Source: an uncultured cyanobacterium (GTDB lineage Bacteria > Cyanobacteriota > Cyanobacteriia > Cyanobacteriales > CAWCAG01). From it: a stretch of 64,000 nucleotides of DNA. A model generated the notes under the pieces. The model was not told where the DNA came from and searched no databases. It worked only from the letters and a program-made list of their open reading frames with translations. The stretch covers positions 1,383,813-1,447,812 of the forward strand of contig CAWDOD010000002.1 of the NCBI GenBank assembly GCA_963803805.1, given 5' to 3'. Shown piece by piece: positions 54,465 to 64,000 of this stretch. A program made the position numbers and the translations under genes. Each line of letters opens with the position of its first letter. The first letter of the stretch is position 1.

Positions 54465-54929
54465 GTGGTCAGTAGAATTAGGGTTGCTAGGGACAAAGCG
54501 GAATTAGTCAAATCTTTAGTTACCTCCCGCGATACCACAGGGCCTTTTCAAACCTATGCTGATGTGATCGCCTTTGCCGCAGCATTAGGGGCTAAAAGAC
54601 AAAAACGAGTTCCCATAACCGAAATTGCTAAAACTGAACCGGGACCAATTAGTTTGGAAGTGTTTATTTCTAGGGGTTATGATTTAATTATTAAGTTGTT
54701 AGCTTTAAGTGAAACTCAAAACACTCAGATTCTCTCAGCATACGATCCTCAAGTGGAAGAACAGCGTTTAGTTATTTTTGATGAATATGCTAACGGAGGA
54801 TTAGAAATTCTAAGGGAAGAATTACGGGGGGCAGTGGATTATACAGAAAGGCTTTTATTAATTTTGAGCCAAGAAAGGTTTAAAGAGAATATACCAGAAG
54901 GGGAGTTTGATTTGAGTCGTTTTTTGTAA
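54465..54929 (+). CDS. DNA phosphorothioation (dnd) system-associated protein 4-like
   Basis: RIRVARDKAELVKSL, FQTYADVIAFAAALG, FDEYANGGLEIL. Confidence 0.7.
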   Translation: MVSRIRVARDKAELVKSLVTSRDTTGPFQTYADVIAFAAALGAKRQKRVPITEIAKTEPGPISLEVFISRGYDLIIKLLALSETQNTQILSAYDPQVEEQRLVIFDEYANGGLEILREELRGAVDYTERLLLILSQERFKENIPEGEFDLSRFL

Positions 54930-55072
54930 CTAAGTTGCTAGTTGCTAATTGCTAATCTGTATGACATTAAAAGTAAGGGCGGGTTAAAGTTTAAACTATG
55001 AGATCATTATTCAAATAAAGTCTTTGCCCTTTAACATTTACCCCTTACCCCTTCCCCCTTCCCTGAATCTAC

Positions 55073-56095
55073 CTACTTAGACACCCCCAACAAAGTACCA
55101 ATAGAACGAGTCAAATTCTGGGGTTCCATTGCATCCATAGCTGCTGTAGGTTCGTAGCCGCAATGTACCATACAGTCGGTACATTTAGGATTGCCACTAG
55201 TATTGCCATAGTTACTCCAATCAGTTTCATTAAGTAACTCGGTGAAAGTGTCGTAGTAACCTTCGCTAAGCAAATAACAAGGTTTTTGCCAGCCGAAAAC
55301 GCTGTAGCTAGGGCTACCCCAAGGAGTACATTCATAATCTTTTTTACCGATGAGAAAATCGAGAAATAAGGGATTATGGTTAAAGTTCCACTTCTTCTTC
55401 CCTGCTTTGAAAGGAGCTAAAATTTCTCGGAATAAAGCCCTTGTTTGTTCCCTTTGTAAGAAATGGTCTTGATCCGGGGCTTTTTCATAACTATAACCAG
55501 GGGAAATCATCATCCCGTCAATATCTAAATCACTCAGGAAATCGAAAAATTTCTGCATTTGCTGAGGATTTGCACCTTCAAAGACAGTAGTATTAGTTGT
55601 CACCCGAAAACCTTGAGACTTAGCCGCTTTAATCGCTTTTACCGCCGTATCAAAAACCCCTTGACGAGCTACACAATGGTCATGCTGTTCTTGTAAACCA
55701 TCTAAATGAATGCTTAAGGTAAGGTAAGGAGAAGGAGTGAATTTGGGTAAACTTTTTTCTAATAAAATGCCGTTGGTACAAAGGTAAACAAACTTTTTCC
55801 GTGCCACCAAACCCGCAACTATTTCCTGAATTTGAGGATGAAGTAAAGGTTCTCCCCCCGGAATAGAAACCACCGGCGCACCGCATTCTTCGGCTGCTGC
55901 GAAACATTGTTCTGGGGTTAGGTTTTGTCTGAGTACTTCTTTGGGATGCTGAATTTTACCGCAACCAGGACAAGCTAAGTTGCATCTAAATAAGGGTTCT
56001 AGCATCAAAACCAAAGGGAATTTTTTACGTCCTTTGATACGTTGAGTCACTAAATATTTTCCAACTTCTAAAGCCTGTTGTAGATGTATTGCCAC
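55073..56095 (-). CDS. hpnH: Adenosyl-hopene transferase HpnH (radical SAM)
   Basis: [43 protein letters not shown]. Confidence 0.95.
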   Translation of the reverse strand: MAIHLQQALEVGKYLVTQRIKGRKKFPLVLMLEPLFRCNLACPGCGKIQHPKEVLRQNLTPEQCFAAAEECGAPVVSIPGGEPLLHPQIQEIVAGLVARKKFVYLCTNGILLEKSLPKFTPSPYLTLSIHLDGLQEQHDHCVARQGVFDTAVKAIKAAKSQGFRVTTNTTVFEGANPQQMQKFFDFLSDLDIDGMMISPGYSYEKAPDQDHFLQREQTRALFREILAPFKAGKKKWNFNHNPLFLDFLIGKKDYECTPWGSPSYSVFGWQKPCYLLSEGYYDTFTELLNETDWSNYGNTSGNPKCTDCMVHCGYEPTAAMDAMEPQNLTRSIGTLLGVSK

Positions 56096-56126
56096 TGTGT
56101 TTTTCCTATATTCAGTTATGATTAGA

Positions 56127-57098
56127 TCACATTGAAGAGAACCATTTTACGGCATCTTCCAAAGCCTTTTTTAAAGGAGTTTGGGGTAAGCCTAATTCTT
56201 TGACTGCCTTTGATGAATTGTAATACATAGTTTGGGCAGACATCCTGACACCATCGAGGGGAACCCCAGGAGTTTTACCCAAAGGAGCAAGTATTTTTTC
56301 ATCAAGCCAAGCTACAGTTAAAGGCAGCCATAAGGGTACGGTTTTTTCCGGTGCTTGTAAACCTGTTATATTTGCTAGTTGGTCGAGTAATTCTTTTAAG
56401 GTTAGGTTTTGGTTGCCCAGGATATAGCGATCGCCCCTTTGACCTTTTTCTAAAGCGAGGAGGTGTCCTTGAGCAACATCTCTAACATCAATGAAGTTTA
56501 AACCCGTATTAACATAAGCCGGCATTTTGCGTTCCAAGAAGCGTACAATAATCTCTCCGGTGGGGGTGGGTTTGATATCTCTGGGGCCAATAGGGCTAGT
56601 AGGATTGACAATAACAATGTCTTGACCTTTCTCAATTGCTTTGATTGCTTCTTGCTCCCCCCAATATTTAGACTTTTTGTAATCTCCTACTAACTTTTCC
56701 ACAGAGCTTTGATAAGTTTCATCGGTGATAGTCCCCGGTTCACCCACTCCTATGGCAGCAACAGAACTTGTATAAACACTACGCTCAATTCCTCCTTGAC
56801 GGGCTGCTGTAAGGACATTGCGAGTACCTAAAACATTGCTTTGGTAAAGTTTGTCTCCATCTGCTTGCCAGAGGGAATAATGTGCCGCGACGTGGAAGAG
56901 TACCTGACATCCTGGCATTTTTTGAGCAAGATCAGGAGAGTTCAAGTCCCCGGTAACTATTTCTACATCTAAACCTTGGAGGTTATCAAGTTTACTACTA
57001 GGACGTACCAAAGCCCTGACTTCATAACCTTGCGCTAGTAGCGATCGCGCCACATGAGAACCAATAAATCCTGTTCCTCCAGTTAAAAAAGCTTTCAT
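56127..57098 (-). CDS. hpnA: Hopanoid-associated sugar epimerase HpnA
   Basis: [21 protein letters not shown]; adjacent to hpnH. Confidence 0.9.
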   Translation of the reverse strand: MKAFLTGGTGFIGSHVARSLLAQGYEVRALVRPSSKLDNLQGLDVEIVTGDLNSPDLAQKMPGCQVLFHVAAHYSLWQADGDKLYQSNVLGTRNVLTAARQGGIERSVYTSSVAAIGVGEPGTITDETYQSSVEKLVGDYKKSKYWGEQEAIKAIEKGQDIVIVNPTSPIGPRDIKPTPTGEIIVRFLERKMPAYVNTGLNFIDVRDVAQGHLLALEKGQRGDRYILGNQNLTLKELLDQLANITGLQAPEKTVPLWLPLTVAWLDEKILAPLGKTPGVPLDGVRMSAQTMYYNSSKAVKELGLPQTPLKKALEDAVKWFSSM

Positions 57099-57241
57099 GT
57101 TTTAATGAGGGAGTAGCTAGAAAGTAATCTCATTTTTATTGTATTTCTCAAATTTGGTATCAAAGTTGAATTTTAGGAGATTCAACGAATTGGCAGCTAC
57201 AAGAAATTAAAAATACACTGCATCCTTAGTAAAGATAATTA

Positions 57242-57862
57242 ATGTCTACTGTTAACCCTTGGCTTTACTCAATCGTTTTACCAATTCACCGCATTTTCGT
57301 TGCCCTTTACTTCGGTCAAATTCTCATTATGGGTGAAGAGCATTTACCGGTTAATGGCCCAGTAGTAATTGCACCAAAACATTATAGTCGTTGGGACCCT
57401 TTAATAGTATCTTGTTTAAGTACAGAACCTCTTTATTATATGACTCATCATCACGAGTTTGAAGAGTCCTATAGTTGGCTTTTAAAAGGATTAGGTGCAT
57501 TCCCGGTTAATCGAGATAAACCCTCCGTTTCTAGCTTACGTTTGCCCATAGAACTATTACAAGCAAAGAAAAAGTTAGTAGTTTTTCCAGAAGGTGGTAT
57601 TGTCCGCGACCAACCTGTGAGAAAATTAAAGTCAGGCTTGGCTCGTTTGGTTATGCAAGCAGAAGCTCTAGCTGAAGATGATTTGACTATCCCCATTGTT
57701 CCTATCGGTTTACGCTACAAACCAGAAGCTAAGAAAGGAGCTAGGGTAATTATTAAGGTAGCTCCTCCTTTGTTGATTGAAGAGTATCGCCAAAAAAAAG
57801 ATAAAGAAACCGCTTTGGCACTGACTGAAGCTTTAGAAGCAGCTTTGTTGACTAATAGTTAA
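57242..57862 (+). CDS. Lysophospholipid acyltransferase (PlsC family)
   Basis: HYSRWD (HX4D), GAFPVNR, FPEGG. Confidence 0.88.
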   Translation: MSTVNPWLYSIVLPIHRIFVALYFGQILIMGEEHLPVNGPVVIAPKHYSRWDPLIVSCLSTEPLYYMTHHHEFEESYSWLLKGLGAFPVNRDKPSVSSLRLPIELLQAKKKLVVFPEGGIVRDQPVRKLKSGLARLVMQAEALAEDDLTIPIVPIGLRYKPEAKKGARVIIKVAPPLLIEEYRQKKDKETALALTEALEAALLTNS

Positions 57863-58419
57863 CTAGCTTCTACTAAGTCAGTTTGACCTAAATTCACATT
57901 TTGCCAAATAGCCTGATTTATTTCAGTACGGTGAAAATTGGTTTTGTACAAGGTAGTTTTGCTAAAGTCAGCATTAACAATATTAGCTCCTGTAAAGTCT
58001 GCAAGATGCAAGTTTGCTCCCGTAAAGTTTGCACCTTCTAAATTGGCATAGCTTAAGTTCGCACCTTTTAAATTAGCTCCCCTTAAATCAGCTCCCCTTA
58101 AATCTACTAATCGTAAATCTGCTTGTAGAAAAAGGGCTTTTTCTAAGTTAGCTTCACTAAAATTAGCTCTAATTAAAACTGCTTGACTAAAGTTAGTGTC
58201 TTGACAAATTGTCTTAGTTAAATCAGTACGCCAAAAACTCGCTTTAGTGAAATTAGCCTCCCTAAGATTTGCTTCTCGCAAAACTGATAGATTTAAGTTA
58301 GCCCTACTTAAATCTATTTGTTGAAAAATTGCTCCAGTTAAATTAAGTTGGCTTAAATTGACCCCTTGAAAATCTCTGTTCCCTTCTAGGTAGGACTGAA
58401 AAATCTTACTACTATCCAT
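57859..58419 (-). CDS. Pentapeptide repeat protein
   Basis: A[ND]Lxx repeats throughout. Confidence 0.92.
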   Translation of the reverse strand: MDSSKIFQSYLEGNRDFQGVNLSQLNLTGAIFQQIDLSRANLNLSVLREANLREANFTKASFWRTDLTKTICQDTNFSQAVLIRANFSEANLEKALFLQADLRLVDLRGADLRGANLKGANLSYANLEGANFTGANLHLADFTGANIVNADFSKTTLYKTNFHRTEINQAIWQNVNLGQTDLVEAS

Positions 58420-58573
58420 ATATTTTGAAGTTGTACTTTCACCACTGAGGAGTAACAGAATGAGTTTTTGACCTATTATTGGCGCTTTTTAGGTCGTGCT
58501 TTTTTAACTGGGTTATATTAACATATTTTAACTTATGTATAGATTTATTGCAAAAATTAAGATTAATTAATTC

Positions 58574-59530
58574 CTATTTTTTCAAATACTTCCACAAATC
58601 ATCAACTACCAGATTAGCCGCTATCGGACCAGAACCACCAATCCAATATTCATAGTCCACTTGATAAACTTGTTGAGATTGCACAGCCTTTAGCCTTTGC
58701 CAAAGGGGATTCTTGGTGAACTGCTGATATAGCTTACTGTGAGGATCACTTTGGGCAATAAAAAGAATATCTCCATCGGCACGAGGAATAGCTTCAACAG
58801 AAATTGACTCCTTCGGTTTTTGTTGCTCCTGAGAAGGAGGACGGGCTAAGCCCAAATCTTGAAGAACTGTTCCGCTAAAAGAAGCTTTCATATATAGTCG
58901 TACTTCACTGGGCAAGAAACGTACTACAGAAACCTTGGTAGCAAGTCTATTCCCCATAACCTGCTTAAAGTTAGCTACCCGTTTTTCATAGGAATTGATT
59001 ACCGCTTCTGCTTCTTTTCCCTTACCTAAAGCTTCTCCATAACTCTTAAAAACCTCTTGCCAAGTTGTCCTCATGAAGTTATAAAGTACCGTGGGGGCGA
59101 TGTAAGAAAGTTGTGAGTAAATGCCTCGATGTTCAACAAAATTGCCTAAAATCAAATCTGGTTTCAGGAGTAGTATTCTTTCTAAACTTGGTTGATTAAC
59201 ATCTCCAAGATAAATAGTATTTTCTTTCACTGCATCGGGAAAATAAGCTGGGAAATCCCCTGCATTACCAGCACCTACCCAAGGGGCTGCACCCACAGGT
59301 TGCATATCTAAAGCGATCGCTGTTTCCAAGGCAGGATTTCCTAAAGCGACAATCCGGCGAGGCTCGTTTGGAACCCAGGTTTTACCTAGTAGGTGGCGGA
59401 CGAGATGAGAATTAGAGGTTGCTAAAGCGTCCATACCACAACCAAAAACAACAATTCCAACTAAGATTATTGTCAAGCAGCCCAGAATAACCCGGCGAGG
59501 GAAATAAGTTAGATTAAAAACGCCCATCAA
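58574..59530 (-). CDS. Iron-siderophore ABC transporter substrate-binding protein (FecB/FhuD family)
   Basis: PRRIVAL, PSLERILLLKPDLIL, LSYIAPTV, PLWQRLKAV. Confidence 0.9.
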   Translation of the reverse strand: MMGVFNLTYFPRRVILGCLTIILVGIVVFGCGMDALATSNSHLVRHLLGKTWVPNEPRRIVALGNPALETAIALDMQPVGAAPWVGAGNAGDFPAYFPDAVKENTIYLGDVNQPSLERILLLKPDLILGNFVEHRGIYSQLSYIAPTVLYNFMRTTWQEVFKSYGEALGKGKEAEAVINSYEKRVANFKQVMGNRLATKVSVVRFLPSEVRLYMKASFSGTVLQDLGLARPPSQEQQKPKESISVEAIPRADGDILFIAQSDPHSKLYQQFTKNPLWQRLKAVQSQQVYQVDYEYWIGGSGPIAANLVVDDLWKYLKK

Positions 59531-59609
59531 TAAAAATGTAAAACTATTCTCAACCTAACCGACAAGCTAAAATTTTACGGTTTACGGTTGCCCCAGGTCT
59601 AAATGATAA

Positions 59610-60229
59610 ATGTTAAATGAAATGTTAAATGAGACAAAAGATTTTTGGGAATCTAAATACCAAGCAGGAGATACTCGCTGGGATCTCGGTAAAGCGGCCC
59701 CCCCTTTAGTAAGCTTGCTTAGTTCCCCAGATGCACCTATACCTGGTAAAACCGTCGTACTAGGTTGCGGTCGTGGTTATGATGCTTTATTGTTGGCTAG
59801 TTATGGCTTTGATGTAATAGGGGTGGATTTTGCTCCCTCGGCGATCGCAGCAGCTAAGTCTTCAGCCACAGCAGCTAATTTGTCAGTAAAATTTCTGCAG
59901 CGTAATATTTTCGCTTTAGCTGCTGAGTTTTCTAACTATTTTGATTATGTCCTAGAACATACTTGTTTTTGTGCAATCTCTCCAGAGTTACGGCCAGAAT
60001 ATCTAAACTTGGTAATTTCTTTACTCAAACCCCAAGGAAAATTAATCGGCGTATTTTTTACCCATAACCGTCCTGGGGCCCTCCTTTTGGTTCAACACCT
60101 CAAGAAATTCGCACCTTGTTCTCCGGCAAATTTGAAATTCTCCACCTAGAACCTGTGACTAATTCTATTCCTGCAAGGCAAAATGAGGAACATCTAGGCA
60201 TCTTCAAAAAAAGAGTGGAAGATTGCTAA
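59610..60229 (+). CDS. TPMT/thiol-halide-type SAM methyltransferase, frameshifted at GGGG 60075-60078
   Basis: WDLG, LGCGRGYD, EHTCFCAI; adding one G restores PGGPPFGSTPQEI...NSIPARQNEEHL to the stop at 60229. Confidence 0.82.
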
Positions 60230-60301
60230 AAAAGTTTTTAATTTAACGGTCAAAAAGGCTCTGCTCCTCTAGTTTAAAAGAAACCAAGGTCAAGAAAAAT
60301 A

Positions 60302-61388
60302 ATGACGATTCCCGTTGAAACCCAAGAAAATCAACAAATTGAAGTAACAGCAGCTAAAGAGGTTCCCCTCCTCGCTATGTCCCAAAGTGAGTTAACTGAG
60401 TGGGTACAACAACAAGGACAACCAGCTTATCGAGGACAACAATTATATAAATGGTTGTATCAAAAAGGGGCGCGATCACTCTTAGATATTTCCGTTTTCC
60501 CCAAAAAATGGCGCACTAATTTAGCCGATACTGCTTTAGGTCGTTCTACTATAGATCATAAAACCATAGCCCCCGATCAAACGCGCAAATATCTCCTACG
60601 CCTCCACGATGGCTTAATTGTAGAAACCGTAGGCATACCCACTTCTAAACGCCTTACGGTTTGTGTTTCTTCTCAGGTTGGTTGTCCTATGGCTTGTGAT
60701 TTTTGTGCCACAGGAAAAGGAGAATTTAGCCGCAACTTGCAAAGCCATGAAATTGTCGATCAAGTACTAACGGTGCAAGAAGATTTTCGGCAAAGGGTTA
60801 GTAATGTGGTTTTTATGGGCATGGGAGAACCTTTAATTAATCTTGACGAAGTAGTCGCATCGGTTAAGTCTCTTAATCAAGATGTCGGTATTGGGCAGCG
60901 ATCCCTAACCATTTCTACAGTGGGTTTGCCAGGGCGGATTCGTACTTTGGCACAACACCGGTTACAAATTACCTTTGCTGTCAGTCTCCATGCCCCTGAT
61001 CAGAAACTGCGGCAGCAACTTGTTCCTGAGTTCTGCTAGTTATCCTTTGGAAAATCTTTTAGAAGAATGTCGCCAATATGTCTCTGTTACAGGGCGGCGG
61101 ATCACCTTTGAATATATTCTCTTAGCTGAAGTTAATGATTGGCCCGAACAAGCTGTACAATTAGCCAACCAAATTAGAGGCTTTCAAACCCACGTTAACC
61201 TCATTCCCTATAATCCTATTCAAGAAGTAGATTACCAACGCCCCAATGAACAACGTATACAAGCTTTTGCTGAAGCACTGAGGCGCGAAAAAATTGCTGT
61301 TAGCGTCCGCTACTCCCGTGGGTTGGAAGCAGATGCCGCTTGTGGACAGTTGCGGGCTTCTCATGTTCAAGAAGAAGGAAAGGATTGA
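60302..61388 (+). CDS. rlmN: 23S rRNA m2A2503 methyltransferase RlmN, split by a +1 frameshift near 61028
   Basis: [15 protein letters not shown] and MGMGEP in ORF1; TFEYILL, NLIPYN and AACGQL in ORF2. Confidence 0.92.
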
Positions 61389-61563
61389 TGCCAGGGGCGT
61401 AGGCTTCCATAACTTGACCAGTACTAGACGTATTTACCATTAAATAGTCACAACTAGGGCATTGAGTAGTGGTGATATCTTTTTCGATCAGATATTGCCT
61501 TTCTGCATAGCTGCCGCAGTTAGGGCAATGTACTGTTTGCTTGATAGGGGTGGTTAAATTCAT
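61300..61563 (-). CDS. Small Zn-ribbon protein of a cyanobacterial family
   Basis: [10 protein letters not shown]...[10 protein letters not shown]...G.V.EAYAPG; 3' end overlaps rlmN. Confidence 0.75.
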   Translation of the reverse strand: MNLTTPIKQTVHCPNCGSYAERQYLIEKDITTTQCPSCDYLMVNTSSTGQVMEAYAPGINPFLLLEHEKPATVHKRHLLPTHGSSGR

Positions 61564-61850
61564 ATTAAATAAAGAAAATGTTCAAAAATTAGGATGAAAA
61601 GAAGTTCTTAAAATCACTTAACTCTGTTGTTTCAAAAAGTAAACAGTTTGTTTATGTTCTTATAGTTATTGTGACAAGAGTTAATCACCATGTCAATTTA
61701 AGCAAAATGAAAATTCATAAAGTTTTCCGTGATCCCCAACCTTTAATTGGCTATTCCAAATTGCCAAATATTTACTCAGATACATTTTGCAAAAAAAATA
61801 CCCTCCAGAAGACTGATTGCAGGAGAGAACGTATGAATAAAAATTAAGAC

Positions 61851-62099
61851 TTAAGTATTATTTTCTTCTAATTCCATAGCTAAATCAATCCAGGAATAAA
61901 CAAATTCAATAACCTCCTCCAATGTTTTTTCTCCAACAGGACAGCCACACCGAGGAAAATTGTCTTGAGGGTGTTGCCAGCGCAACCACAATTTACCATT
62001 AATAGTTTTGCTACCTATTAACCAATCACGATGGTGAATAAACTTATTTTGTAAAAGAGCATCTTGAATTTGAATTAATTCTATTTCTTCTTTGCTCAT
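61851..62099 (-). CDS. Hypothetical protein
   Basis: 82-aa ORF directly downstream of the GGDEF gene. Confidence 0.6.
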   Translation of the reverse strand: MSKEEIELIQIQDALLQNKFIHHRDWLIGSKTINGKLWLRWQHPQDNFPRCGCPVGEKTLEEVIEFVYSWIDLAMELEENNT

Positions 62100-62127
62100 T
62101 TATTCATTCGGAATCTACGCCTCTATC

Positions 62128-63180
62128 TTACTCACTCACTACTTGGTTGCGCCCGTTTACCTTAGCCGTTAAAAGATTTTCATCAGCCCTTCTCAATAAG
62201 CTAAATCCTTTGCCATCGTCTGTTGATTTGAGGTTGGCTAACCCCAGGCTAATAGTAATAGCAAGAGATAAACTTTTATTAATATAGAAAGTTTCTTCTT
62301 CAACTACTTGTCGCAAGCGTTGGGCTACAGGTAAAGCCCGATCTATATTTACCTGTCCTAGCAGAATAACAAATTCTTCCCCACCATAACGAAAGATGCG
62401 ATCCTGAAGACGCAAGTGGGTTTTTAAGCGTTGTGCCAAGGATTTAAGGACGCGATCCCCCACTAAATGACCATGGCTATCGTTAACTGATTTAAAATAA
62501 TCTACATCAAGGATAATTAAACTTAAAGGAGTTTTCTGCTGCCAAGAATTTTCAATTTGCCGAGACAATTCCCAATCCAATGCCCGACGGTTACTTAAAC
62601 CAGTTAAGGGATCAGCTAAGGCAATGGAAGACAATAAATCATTAGTGTCCCTCATCTCCCTATATTTACGCACTTGCTGCAAACCAACCTCTATTTGCGC
62701 TATAACTAACCGATCTTGTTGTTGAATTAAATAGGCTGAGGTATCTGTTTGGGTAAGGCAACTAATTTGTAAGTAGGCATCGGCGCCATTTTCTAAAGCT
62801 TGGGCTGTTTTAGTTAACTGTTCAACAGTATCTAAACAAGGAGTAAGGGTGAATTCAAGAATAATACAATAAATCCAACTTAATTTAGCTTGTTGCTTGA
62901 TATCTACATAATAGGTGGCATCGTCGAGATAACCGGCTTGGACAATCAAAATATCAGGTTGTTGTCTGGCAATTAAAGGTATGATCTCCTGAGAAGAAGA
63001 CATCTCGATTTTGCCTTCAAACAACTGTATATACTTTTCCACAAAGGTGGTGAGAAACTCTTTTCCTCCCACTACTAAGACAAAAGCACCCATTATTGCC
63101 TGGGGTGTCGAAATTGGAAGACCTTGATCATTGCAAGGGGAAGCATGGGGAACAGAAAAGCTTTGGCGGGTTTGGATCAC
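62128..63180 (-). CDS. Diguanylate cyclase with a degenerate receiver-like N-terminus
   Basis: DPLTGLSNRR, DVDYFKSVNDSHGH..GD, RYGGEEF, AK..GRN. Confidence 0.92.
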   Translation of the reverse strand: MIQTRQSFSVPHASPCNDQGLPISTPQAIMGAFVLVVGGKEFLTTFVEKYIQLFEGKIEMSSSQEIIPLIARQQPDILIVQAGYLDDATYYVDIKQQAKLSWIYCIILEFTLTPCLDTVEQLTKTAQALENGADAYLQISCLTQTDTSAYLIQQQDRLVIAQIEVGLQQVRKYREMRDTNDLLSSIALADPLTGLSNRRALDWELSRQIENSWQQKTPLSLIILDVDYFKSVNDSHGHLVGDRVLKSLAQRLKTHLRLQDRIFRYGGEEFVILLGQVNIDRALPVAQRLRQVVEEETFYINKSLSLAITISLGLANLKSTDDGKGFSLLRRADENLLTAKVNGRNQVVSE

Positions 63181-63556
63181 CCTCTGACTCCTACTCTATT
63201 GGCTACTTACTACAGTAAGGAAAATACCTTCCCTGAAAGTAAAATCCAACTAGTTAAACTTGATTCAGGATTTTTTGATTGTTAATGTGAGAGGGCATGA
63301 ACTCTTCTTAGCTAAAACTACGGCAGTTTAAGTATTAAAGGTTACTGATTTTTTGAGTATAAAAGTATTAAGTTTATGATGCCCATATTTTTATTTAAAA
63401 TTAAGATAGTAGGTCAATATAAGACCTTACGCTATTTTTACGCTACTGTGAAATTACTAAATAACTATTATGTTTTTGTATAAAATAGTGAGTTGAAGCT
63501 AGAAAATATGCTTATTTAGGGGGCAATAATTAGCACCCCTGTAAGTATAGGAAAGC

Positions 63557-63751
63557 CTATTCCACTGTATGACCTACAGCAACAATCATTTGCTTAACAG
63601 ATGATTCTGAAGCTTTAGTATCGACCTTGACAACTTTTTTTTCTATATCAACATCAACTTTTGCTTCTGGTTCGTGGGTAAGGATTTCTTTGGTGATTGT
63701 TTCGGCGCAGCCTTCGCAAGTAATACTGGGAACTTTTAATTGCATTGTCAT
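63557..63751 (-). CDS. Heavy-metal-associated (Atx1/CopZ-like) chaperone
   Basis: VPSITCEGCA CxxC motif, C-terminal GH. Confidence 0.9.
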   Translation of the reverse strand: MTMQLKVPSITCEGCAETITKEILTHEPEAKVDVDIEKKVVKVDTKASESSVKQMIVAVGHTVE

Positions 63752-63887
63752 GAGCTAAATTTTAAATTCAAGTCTAGGATATACATTATCTAGGGCAGAT
63801 CCTGCTAAGTTTCTGAAACTAGTTTGATGAACCCTATTTTTTATTTTACTAGAAATTAATACTATTTGAGCATTAATCATTAAACAT

Positions 63888-64000
63888 TTACCATTTGAGA
63901 ACAGCAGCATCCTTACCCTGTTCGCGACGTATTTTGCTATCTTTTTCAAACCAATCTATGAGTTGCTGGTGAGTGATTTCTTCTAGGGGAACATCTAGAT
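63888..64000 (-). CDS. 3' end of a hypothetical protein entering from the right edge
   Basis: Manual translation LDVPLEEITHQQLIDWFEKDSKIRREQGKDAAVLKW*; this frame looks more protein-like than the listed 63755-63949 ORF. Confidence 0.65.
   Translation of the reverse strand, partial: LDVPLEEITHQQLIDWFEKDSKIRREQGKDAAVLKW

Noticed and set aside
59530..59556. Possible Fur box upstream of the siderophore-binding protein (TTGAGAATAGTTTTACA on the minus strand)
   Set aside because: Only a half-site resemblance in AT-rich DNA; too weak to call.
63755..63949. Listed 64-aa ORF
   Set aside because: It overlaps, in another frame, the more plausible gene end at 63888-64000.

Overview
Chromosomal window from a cyanobacterium. 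Evidence: psbI, ccs1-ccdA, a glsF-type Fd-GOGAT, sufR-sufBCDS, hpnA/hpnH, frequent HIP1 octamers (GCGATCGC) and heptameric STRR repeats. Conserved housekeeping genes (glsF, sdhA, leuS, suf, LptD-like, rlmN) alternate with accessory or defence-type inserts. These are two single-chain restriction-modification enzymes (MmeI-like and type ISP-like), an orphan Dam-family methylase, a VapBC pair lying directly upstream of a xisH remnant, an unusual 260-aa + PIN gene pair, and a P-loop NTPase-TPR protein with near-identical 102-bp repeats that each carry a HIP1 site. Intergenic regions contain many gene remnants (Uma2 tails, XisI/XisH, DUF3368) and two ~32-bp direct-repeat pairs bracketing small inserts. 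Several genes carry single-base lesions, which could be sequencing errors or recent pseudogenisation. No rRNA, tRNA, CRISPR array or intact transposase was recognised. All family assignments come from motif recognition by eye; no database searches were run.
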